A stretch of 58,794 bases of DNA, filler included, from Sanchytrium tribonematis (lineage: Eukaryota): the NCBI GenBank assembly GCA_018985235.1. It is 4 parts of 4 records of this genome, joined end to end, with 100 filler letters (N's around TTAATTAATTAA, not from the genome) between each part and the next. Parts side by side here need not be neighbours in the genome. Positions count along the whole stretch, not along the records: positions 1 to 14,719 come from JADGIG010000163.1; 3 more parts are not named here. One strand, given 5' to 3'. Both the position numbers and the translations under genes were made by a program. The stretch's first letter is position 1, and each line of letters starts with the position of its first letter. The notes below the pieces were generated by a model. The model did no database searches, was not told the DNA's origin, and saw nothing but the letters and a program-made list of their open reading frames with translations. This document shows positions 1 to 9,582 of the stretch, piece after piece.

Positions 1-570
1 CACTCTTTCTTCAAAAAAGTTACGAGGAAGCAGAGGTCTACTTGGATAGTATAAGTAACTATATGGTAAACAATGATGTATTTCATTTTAATATTGGTCA
101 AATCAAAATGAGATCCTTAAAATTCGAAGAGGCTGCTAATCATTTTAATCAAATTAAGAACCTTGAAATTAAAGATTCGTGGTTGTATATATTTTGCCTC
201 TGCAAATCTCGTAATTTGGTCTCATTTAGTTATTAATCTAAATCAAGCCGATCTTGTTTGGGAAATGTATTTAAAAATGGAAACTTCCAATATTTCTTTT
301 AGCTTATTGGCCTTAATAGCCAATGAATCTTATAAATCTACGCAATATTTTTATTCTCTCAAGGCATTTGATATATTGTACAATGTAGATTCGCATCCAG
401 ATCATTGGAATGGTAAAATAGGATCAATTTGTGGTGTACTTAAACAACACATACAAGACCAGGATAATATTCTTTATAAACAGCAACTTGCAGATGCTGT
501 GGAAACTCTTAAAGACACAAGCTCGCCCGACAGCCTTGAAATACTTGAATTAATTAATAAATACCAATAA
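1..570 (+). CDS. IFT56: Intraflagellar transport protein 56 (TTC26), 5'-partial, two exons (<1-210, 230-570)
   Basis: WEMYLKMETS-x-SFSLLALIANESYK...KAFDIL...W-x-GK matches the TTC26 C-terminus; the 19-nt intron 211-229 joins ORFs 42..236 and 163..570 (CKS-L-INLNQ). Confidence 0.85.
211..229 (+). other. 19-nt spliceosomal intron GTAATTTGGTCTCATTTAG
   Basis: GT-AG; removal restores the IFT56 frame. Confidence 0.9.
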
Positions 571-579
571 TTTTATTGT

Positions 580-1686
580 TTAGTCTTCGTCGCTACTAAA
601 TACTATATTTGACTGGTGCTTAGGCTTATCGTCTTTTTCAGACTCCGCATCTTCTTCAACATCTGCACCTGCCTCTAATTCCTTTTCAAATTCCTCTAGT
701 TCGTCCAATTTTTGATCATCGGCAACCACAAAGTCATCTTCTTCATCATAGTCATCCATTTCTTCATCCTCGCTATAATCTGCCTGAAATTCCTCAATTT
801 CATAGCCATTACTCAGACCCTTTCTCTCTTGCTTCTTTTCCAATTTTCTTTGTAGCTTTTCTTTTTCAAGCTCTATTCTTTCTGCCTCTAGTGCAGCCTT
901 CTCTGGATCTTCATTTATAAGAATTTCTTTGGCTTCTGAAGTATTTTGAGCTTTCTTTTTCCGTTGTTGTCTCAAATATGTACTTAATTTTGAAGTGAAT
1001 TTTTGAGGTGCCATGTAAAATTTTCGCTCTATGTTATACAAAAAGTTGAACATGTCTTCATGCTTGACTGACATGAACATTTTTTGCTTATCAGAGACCT
1101 CAGTCAAATCAAACAATTCTTCCCCCACAGCCATCGAATAGGTTCCATCTTCCCATTCAATCAATTTTGAATTTGAAATCATAGTAGTTTTTTGATTTGA
1201 TTCCTCGTACCTCCAACGAATGCCACCCAACGCGGTCCGTTCGGTTTCCTCAGAATCGTCACCAGTATATCCAGAAGGTAGAACGGTGAGTCCGTTTGCC
1301 AGTTTAATCTGAAATCCCTTGCCATTATTAACAAGCGGATATGGGTAGGAAGGGAAAGTAATATGCATATCCTCGATGTCACTTTCTTCAGAGCTGACTG
1401 GCGTATTATCAAGTGGAATATCTAGTGGTATTTCTTTTTCAACAGGTGTTGGCTTTTCTGCATCTTTCACTTTGGCTTTCTTCGGTATCATTAGCACCTC
1501 GTCCTCTATTATTGGATCGTCTTTCACTTCTTCATTTTTAGCTACAACATCATTTCCAAAGATTTCATCCGCTAAAGAATTTTTATTATTGGCCTCTTCC
1601 ATTTCTACATCAGAACCAAAAAGCTCTTTTTCTTGAGAATCATCGACTCCAAATAAGTCAAGTTCCAATTTATTTTCTTCACTCAT
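580..1686 (-). CDS. LEO1: Paf1 complex subunit Leo1
   Basis: IRWRY...SNSKLIEWEDGTYSMAVGEELFD Leo1 core with acidic flanks; first ATG at 1686. Confidence 0.85.
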   Translation of the reverse strand: MSEENKLELDLFGVDDSQEKELFGSDVEMEEANNKNSLADEIFGNDVVAKNEEVKDDPIIEDEVLMIPKKAKVKDAEKPTPVEKEIPLDIPLDNTPVSSEESDIEDMHITFPSYPYPLVNNGKGFQIKLANGLTVLPSGYTGDDSEETERTALGGIRWRYEESNQKTTMISNSKLIEWEDGTYSMAVGEELFDLTEVSDKQKMFMSVKHEDMFNFLYNIERKFYMAPQKFTSKLSTYLRQQRKKKAQNTSEAKEILINEDPEKAALEAERIELEKEKLQRKLEKKQERKGLSNGYEIEEFQADYSEDEEMDDYDEEDDFVVADDQKLDELEEFEKELEAGADVEEDAESEKDDKPKHQSNIVFSSDED

Positions 1687-2001
1687 CTCCAAGTTTCTAA
1701 ATTTTATTGTGGCAAATTATCCAATAGGATCAAATTTCCATCAAGTACTATTTAAATTTCTTGAAATTTCGTAATTGTGAATGCGAAAAATATGGAATTG
1801 TTAATTATGTTAGTTCACCAAACAAAGTCAAAAAATAAATTAGTTAACTCTACAGATGTTAAATGGAATGATTTAATAGCACTATTGAAGATTTAGCCAT
1901 AAAATTCTGGGATGCTTATAATGATTCGACCAATTCAATTGGATCAAATTGCTGATTGGATATAAATCAAAGATAAAACTCCCTTTCAAACGACTCAAAT
2001 T

Positions 2002-2505
2002 ATGATATCAAAATTAATTCTTTCGACTCTTTTAGTGTCAAGCGTATTTGCACAGTCTGAGACTCCAACAGATTGGGATGTCAATTACACAAAAACTATT
2101 GATTCATCAACAAAAGCCAGTTGGTGTGCACGACAAGTGTATGCGTGCAAAACGATCTGTTATACAAGTGATAATCCAGAGCCAAAGTCAAATACTTGTG
2201 ATGCGGATACATTAAATTATAGCTGTACTTGTGGCGATGGAGTTGTTCCTAAATTATCAACATTTACTGACACAATTTATTATTACGAATGTAACGAAGT
2301 CAAAAATAGATGCGCACAGAATTGTGGTGGTAAAGCTAATGAACAGCAATGCAAATCTGATTGTCAGAATAAGTATCAGTGTGCAACTACGGCTCCTAAT
2401 TCTGCTGATAGACAGCCACTAAGTGGAGCAAAGAAAGTTGATCTCGGCAATAGTGCGACTCTTGTCAGCACAACTTTTGTTTTATTTGGAGCTTACTTGG
2501 CTTGA
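2002..2505 (+). CDS. Secreted, probably GPI-anchored cysteine-rich fungal protein
   Basis: Signal peptide, Cys-rich domain (WC...C...C...NTC...YSCTC...), hydrophobic C-terminus. Confidence 0.7.
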   Translation: MISKLILSTLLVSSVFAQSETPTDWDVNYTKTIDSSTKASWCARQVYACKTICYTSDNPEPKSNTCDADTLNYSCTCGDGVVPKLSTFTDTIYYYECNEVKNRCAQNCGGKANEQQCKSDCQNKYQCATTAPNSADRQPLSGAKKVDLGNSATLVSTTFVLFGAYLA

Positions 2506-2512
2506 ATAAAAT

Positions 2513-4712
2513 TTATTTACTTTCTAACTTCTTTTCTATTTTCTCAATAACTTCTACTGCTGCTTTAGGGATTTTTGTTCCGGGTCCGAACACTGCACTT
2601 ACACCTTTCTGAAATAGAAACTCGTAGTCTTGCTGAGGAATAACGCCACCAGCGACAACTAGAATGTCTTCACTGCCTTGAGCTTTAAGTGCATCGATTA
2701 ATTGGGGAATTAAGGTTTTGTGACCTGCTGCTTGACTGCTAGCACCAACGACATGAACGTCGCTGTCAATCGCTTGTTTCGCAACTTCTTCTGGGGTGGC
2801 AAACAGTGGTCCAATATCAACATCAAATCCCAAATCTGCAAATCCAGTCGCAATTACTTTGGCTCCTCTGTCATGCCCATCTTGTCCCATCTTCGCAACT
2901 AGAACACGAGGTCGTCTACCAAACTTTTTTTCGAAATCCTCGGATTTCTTAATTGCTCTATCAATGTCAGGGTCATTTCCATATTCATTCATGTATGCAC
3001 CTGAAATTACTCTTGTTTGTGGGTTGTGTCTCCCCCAGATTTGTTCTAAGGCAGCGCTTATTTCCCCGAGGGTGCAGCGATATTTGGCAGCCTCAACAGC
3101 CAAAGCCAACAAATTGCTTTCTTTCCAATTGGTAGGATTTTGAGGCTTCTCTTTTGAAGCCAAATCTGTCAAAGCTCTTAAACATTCTTGGGCTTTAGAC
3201 TCATCTCTTTCGGCTTTCATCTTATTAATTCTTGCAATTTGTGATTCTCTGACCTTTGTGTTATCAATTTGTAAAACCTCAATCGCATCCTCTTTCTCGA
3301 GCTTAAATTTGTTGACTCCCACTATAGTTTCTTGACCAGAGTCAATTCTTGCCTGCCGTTTTGCAGCAGCTTCCTCAATTCTTAATTTAGGAGATCCAGT
3401 TTCCACTGCATTACTCATTCCACCAAGCTCGTCGATTTCTTTGATAATTTCATTGGCTTTGTCATAAAGCTCTTGAGTCAAAGACTCCATCATATAGCTA
3501 CCGCCCCATGGATCAGCAACTTTTGGAATCAATGCTTCTAGTTGCAAAATCAACTGGGTGTTTCTTGCTATTCGGGAAGAAAACTGGGTGGGGAGCCCGA
3601 TAGCTTCATCAAAGGAGTTGGTATGTAAAGATTGAGTTCCTCCTAGAGTTGCAGCCATTGCTTCCACTGTAGTTCGAATAATGTTGTTATAAGGATCTTG
3701 TTCGGTCAAGCTCCATCCACTAGTTTGACAATGAGTTCTTAACAAAAGTGATTTTTCTTTTTTGGGGTTGAATCTTTCTTTTACCTTCTCTGCCCATAAT
3801 CGCCGAGCAGCACGAAGTTTTGCAATTTCCATGTAAAAATTCATTCCGATCCCAAAAAAGAATGATAATCGCGGTGCAAAATCATCTACACTCAGACCGA
3901 CTTGGGTTCCTGTTTTTATATACTCTAGTCCGTCCGCAATTGTAAAAGCTAACTCTAAGGCATTATCCGCTCCAGCCTCCTAAATCAATTAAAAATACTT
4001 GCATATGGTAACCGGAAATCGAAATTGAATTAAATTTCGGCAATATTTTTGATTGGTACTCGAAAATGTCAGCAATAATTCGCATAGATGGTTTTGGAGG
4101 ATATATAAAAGTATTTCTAACCATAAATTCCTTTAAAATGTCATTCTGAATAGTGCCTGAGAGTTCTTCGTATTTGGCGCCTTGTTCTAGACCAGCAACA
4201 ATATAGAACGCTAATATTGGCAAAACCGCCCCATTCATAGTCATAGACGTACTAATTTTGTTAAGTGGTATCCCATCAAACAAAAGCTTCATATCTTCAA
4301 CAGAGTCAATGGCAACACCAGCCATTCCAACGTCACCTACGACCCTTGGATGGTCGCTATCGTATCCTCTATGTGTTGCCAAATCAAATGCAACCGAAAG
4401 ACCTTGTTGTCCTGCCTTCAAATTCGCTCGATAAAACTTGTTACTTTCCTCGACAGTAGAAAAACCGGCATATTGTCTAATAGTCCATGGTCTATGTGTA
4501 TACATTGTGGCTCTGACACCTCGCGTATATGGATAGAATCCAGGGAGCGGTGGTTCTGATCGAATATCGCTTTTTTGGTAAACTGGCTTAAATTTTATGC
4601 CTTCAGCCGTGTTGAAAGACAGTTGCTCAAAAGGATCTTTCTCTGATTTTATCTCCTTCTGGGCTAATTTCTTCCATTTGTCGGTTGAATTTCTTAAAAT
4701 CCTTCGCAACAT
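2513..4712 (-). CDS. MUT: Methylmalonyl-CoA mutase, adenosylcobalamin-dependent (exons 4712-3999, 3979-2513)
   Basis: [36 protein letters not shown]12 motif; spliced junction gives [17 protein letters not shown]. Confidence 0.97.
3980..3998 (-). other. 19-nt intron GTATTTTTAATTGATTTAG
   Basis: Removal restores the conserved MUT peptide HMQEAGA. Confidence 0.95.
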
Positions 4713-4883
4713 TAGATGGAATTGTTTCAAAAATAATTGTACAAGCCCTTTAAAAATAATTAAGAATGTGAAAATAATTGATTTGCTACATTTGAAAGTC
4801 AAAATTATAATTTGAACTGATAGCTTTAGATAAGCTTTAATTTAACAAATGAAAGAGATTATTTTTTTGAAACATTAGTACAG

Positions 4884-7800
4884 ATGCTACCAAAATCGGA
4901 CAATCTCTCAGATGTCGATGATAAAGTAGAAACCAGCGTTCTACACTTTACAAAGGATAAAGAATTCCATGCGAAAGAGTTAACCCTATCAAAAGCGATG
5001 CAGATTGGAAATGAAGATTGGGTTGTGGAAGAAGTATTAGATTATAATAACTCTAAGTATTTGTTGTTATGGCATGGCAACGAACAATCGTGGCAACCGT
5101 ATCAAGATTTATTTGACTGTCCAGAACTTGTAACTCAGTTCTGGGAAGAAAAAGAGAAGGCAGGCATTCGCATCCCGAGAGAAATTCAAAAACAAATGAA
5201 AGAAATGGAAGCATATGCGAATGGAGAAAATGATGATTCGGAGGAATCTGAGGAAGATTTACCACACACTCCGAGAAAAAGAAAAATTTTGGCTCAAGCA
5301 GATGTTGATTATAACAAACGCAGGAAAATTGATTCGTCGAATTCTGATGATTCTATGGATGATGTCCAAGATGAGGACTACGACATCGCTGCTATCAGTT
5401 CTCGAAGATCGGGTAGAAATGCCCAAAGGGTGGGCTATGCTGATATGGACATAGGATCTGCCTTTTCAAGTGATATGAGTGCCGATGAGTATTATAAGAA
5501 GAAGAAAAAGAAGGCAAAAAAGATCGAATTGATACCTGATTTTCTAGTGGATGAAATACTGACTCATAAAGTAGAGAATACAAACGGAAAAGAAAAGATT
5601 TTATTTGCTTGCAAAATGGAAGATACGAGTTTTCATGATATTAAATGGATTGAAGAATCAAAGCTATCCGCGCAGAGCAATGCGAAATACAGAAATTATA
5701 TGAAGAAGAAATTTAATGACAATCCAATTTCACTTGAAGAATCCTTTGACAAGGCTTATCTAAATGTTCATAAAGTAATGATTGTTGAGGAAGATGAACT
5801 TGTTAATGATGAAATTGTATTATTTCACATGATCAAATGGGAAAATTTAAGTTATTTGTACAAAACATTTGAAACCAAGGTTGAAAATTTACCGGGATTT
5901 CAGCTTGCTTATGACAGATACTTGCTTAGTTTAAAATGCGCTGATGAGGTTCTGAAAAGACCTCCGAAGAAAAGAGAGTTTACGCAGATGATGACCCAGC
6001 CGAAATATATTCCAGATGGGTTAACATTAAAAACACATCAACTCTCAGGAGTGAACCGAATGCTTTATAATTGGTCCATCAAAAAATCTATGATACTTGC
6101 TGACGAAATGGGATTAGGTAGTTTTAATTCATATAGGCAAAACTATTCAGACTATTGTTTTTATCAATTATCTTTATGAAAAATATAAAATGGGCCCCTT
6201 TGTCATCATTGTACCTAACTCCACTCTTGATAACTGGGAACGAGAATTTATAAAGTGGGCTCCCACTATGAGTGTCTTAATGTTTTCTGGAGACAGAGAA
6301 GATCGAGAAAGTGTAAAGTCTTATGAGGCCTTTGGTAGCAATGCTGGACTGCGCTTTCATGTACTTATAACAACTTATAGCACCACTCGTCTGGAAAGCG
6401 CATTTCTTAGAAAATGTGGTCCGTACGCTGCATTAGTGGTTGATGAAAGTCATAATTTAAAAAATGAGCGATCTCTACTTTATCAATGTGTGGGTCAATT
6501 GCAAGTTGATTATTGCTTGTTTTTGACTGGAACTCCAGTTCAAAACAAAGTTCGAGAATTATTTAGTTTGCTCAACTTTTTAGATCCTGCGGAATTTGAA
6601 GATGTTGATGAGCTAGAAAAACAATATGAAGCTCTAACTAGTGATTTAGTTTTGGAACTGCTACAAAGATTGAAGCCATATATCCTTAGAAGAACTGTAA
6701 AACACATCGCAAGAGAGCTTCCGCCAAAGAAGGAAATTGTTATACCTTGCGGTATGACTGCTTTACAAAAGAAATTATACAAATCCGTAATTGAAAATAA
6801 TATGACCTTACTGAGTGCGTTGGATCAAAATGGCAAAGTTTCTAGAACAGATATTTGGATGAAGTTGATGCGAATTACCATGCACCCCTATGCGGTTGAT
6901 GAAGATATCGAGCCAAGGAATTTAAGCAAAGAGGAGCAGTTGAGATTGCTAATTGCTAGTAGTGGCAAATTTCTCGTTTTATTTCAAATATTAGATAAAG
7001 TTCGACAAGACAAACACAAAGTGATCATATTTGCCCAACATAAGAGAAGCTTGGATATTTTACAAGATATTTTATTTTTTAAATCGTATCCGCATTTTAG
7101 AATGGACGGAGACACGCCTAGAATGCAAAGGCAACCGATGTTCGATCGGTTCAATTCTACCGAAGATATTTTCTGCTTTCTAATGACGACGCGATGTGGT
7201 TCAGAAGGCATCAATTTGACTGCAGCCTCAACTGTTATCTTGTTGGATATGGATTTCAACCCTACAGTAGACAAGCAAGCTATTGGAAGATGCTACAGAA
7301 TTGGTCAGAGTAATTCTGTCCTTGCAATTAAACTGGTTACAACAGATACAGTCGATCAGAGAAGATGGGACATTGCTAATAAAAAAAGCACACTCAATCG
7401 GCTTCTCGTAAAGCCACTTGACTCTGAGACTGATCTTAAAACAGACGATATCGACAAAATGATACAAATGGGATTTAAAAAATTGTATCAAAATGAAGAC
7501 GACGATAAGCATTTAACTTTGACAGACAATCAACTGAAGGATTATTTGGATCGATCTAACGCGGTCATTGATGATCAAGTCGATGAAGAGGACGATGCAT
7601 TTGCTGATGGTGATTTGTCCCAACCTTTGCACTTGTCGCAGCCGCCTGTCGCAAATGGTAAAGACATCATTGAAGTTCCAAAAGATGAGGTTGAATTCTG
7701 GGATGAGCTTATTACGACCAAAATGAAAGAAGAGGAAGAACGCCGAGCAAACGAAGTCTTTGGCAGAGGAATGCGTAAGCGTCAAAACTTTTCTTTGCAA

Positions 7801-8238
7801 GATGATGTTGTGGACAAAGTCGAAGATGGTGACTTTGTTCTTCAAGAAGAACCCGAAGTTGAATCCAGCGAAGCATCTGATGAAGAACTTATGGTGGGTG
7901 ACCTCGTAGATGAAAATAACAAGAATATCATGAAGAAAAATAGATATAATCCCAGCTCATTGGACGCTGTAACTACGGCCTTGCACAGATCTACAGAGGC
8001 TCCTATCACCAGAATTCTCAGAAACATACCAAAACATAGGGCGGTCCTTGAAGAAAAAAAATTAGTAAGAGCTCAACCTGCAAATGCTAAATGTTGGCTA
8101 TGTAGTGGTGTATATCATCATATAGTGTCTTGCCCATACTTTCGAGATCTCACCTTATTAAGAAATCGTCATAGCCAATTGGCTAATCTTCCACACTATC
8201 GACTATTGGTAGAAGAACTCATGAAATATCATATTTAA
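4884..8238 (+). CDS. CHD/Mit1-like SNF2 chromatin remodeller (exons 4884-6117, 6137-8238)
   Basis: Chromodomains, ILADEMGLG|KTIQT motif I restored by splicing, VVDESH, TGTPVQN, QAIGRCYRIGQ, C-terminal CxxC-H-C knuckle. Confidence 0.9.
6118..6136 (+). other. 19-nt intron GTAGTTTTAATTCATATAG
   Basis: Removal restores the Walker A motif DEMGLGKT. Confidence 0.95.
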
Positions 8239-8259
8239 ATAAATACTTAAATATTTTTT

Positions 8260-9070
8260 CATTGCCGGAAATCAACAATGCCATTAGAATCTAGAGAGTA
8301 GTACTTGGATTTTTGGTTTATCAATATAATTATCCTCTCTATTTTTCCCCATGAAACCGTAAATTGCAGTTTTGTCCGTGTCGGCTAGCGCGTTATCAAT
8401 AGTCTTTAAAGTAAGAAATTACACCAAAATATACGTTCCAAATGAACACTCAACTCGGGGAGGTATCCTCTAACTCTGAACCGCAATTGAATCGGCAAAT
8501 GCCATTATTGCTATATTGATATAATTATCAAACTAAACATCTAATTATTTTAAGAAATCGAAGGATGTTCTTCGTACTAACTCAGAATCTAACGTATCAA
8601 CCGTATCGCTAATCACAGCACAATCTAATTAATCGCTAAATTTACAGCACAATATAATTAAAATCGCTAATTACAGCACATTAAGTCAAACCGCTTAACA
8701 AAGCACACCGCTATTACAGCACAATACAATAACATAAAATATTATCGTAAATCGCTTATTTAAACTAACGTATTAAACAAAGTATATCGAAACTAGAATT
8801 TTTCTAGCTTTAACTGAAGTAATTTACTTCAAAAAAACCCAAGTCAAGGAATGAACCAGTGGCACTTCTAAAGTTGCAGTATCAAAATGGCTAACTCAAA
8901 GCAATCTTATCGTCAATGGCACCAAAAATCACTAATTGAAAAATTCAATTGAATATGTATTTGAATCTAATGCAGAGTGAACCCGCCGAAAATGGACCTA
9001 AAGAAGATTGTAGCTTGAACTGTAAAAATTGTTTAAAAACTAGGGCTTTATTGCTTCTTTGACTTAAACC
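8260..9070 (-). ncRNA. Candidate structured long non-coding RNA of unknown class
   Basis: ORF-free; upstream TATAAATA on the minus strand; several hairpins that pair fully only on the minus strand (G-U); repeated stem-loops. Confidence 0.4.
8605..8725 (-). repeat. Five degenerate stem-loop units UGCU(G/U)-loop-(U/A)AGCG
   Basis: CGCT..AGCA units on + at 8607-8620, 8634-8649, 8665-8678, 8692-8705, 8709-8721; array bracketed by CTAACGTAT at 8589 and 8765. Confidence 0.85.
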
Positions 9071-9092
9071 GTGCTTTGCACAAAACTATGGC

Positions 9093-9100
9093 TATTTATA
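9093..9100 (-). promoter_or_regulatory. TATA box (TATAAATA) in GC-rich context
   Basis: Minus strand reads CCCACAGGGCTATAAATAGCC and points into the ORF-free region. Confidence 0.5.
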
Positions 9101-9209
9101 GCCCTGTGGGAGGAAGGGCCCACCCTAATAAAGGGAAACTAATCAAACCATTTTTTTCGTCTTGAAATTTTGTTGAAACAATTAGGTCAAGTTTTAAAAT
9201 CTTTTACTT

Positions 9210-9377
9210 ATGACCCGCGGTGATCAAAGAGACAGAGCTAGAGAAAAGAACAAAAAGAAGAACGAAAAAAATTCTAAAAAGCCGGAAGGGTCTTTTGCAG
9301 AGAGAAAAGAAAGGGATGCACAAGCTGTTAGAGATAGACAAAAGAAAGATTTAGAGAAGAAAAATGCACAGAAATAA
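9210..9377 (+). CDS. SERF: Small EDRK-rich factor (SERF/4F5 family), 55 aa, missing from the ORF track
   Basis: MTRGDQRDRAREKNKKK...RKERDAQAVRDRQKK is the 4F5 signature. Confidence 0.9.
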   Translation: MTRGDQRDRAREKNKKKNEKNSKKPEGSFAERKERDAQAVRDRQKKDLEKKNAQK

Positions 9378-9582
9378 ATAAACTGCTGCTTAATCGAAAC
9401 TTCAATATTTTTGTTTGCAATTCAAATTATTTGCGCAAAAAGTTTCATGAATTAAGATATATTTTGAGTGTTTCAAGCTCAAATATCTAGGATGAAGTTG
9501 ACTCCTTTTCTCAATTCTTGTAGTGTCTTATGGCTCAGTTTGTTTTCCCTAATTATTAATTTCTATTTCGGACTTTTGAAAC

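Noticed and set aside
8605..8725. CRISPR-like array
   Set aside because: Units are short and degenerate, spacers are short low-complexity A/T, the context is eukaryotic and there are no cas genes.
9027..9183. Solo LTR or MITE (AATTGTTT...AAACAATT ends, TATA plus AATAAA inside)
   Set aside because: Inverted ends are short and AT-rich, there is no target-site duplication and no second copy in the window; kept only as an alternative for the ncRNA candidate.
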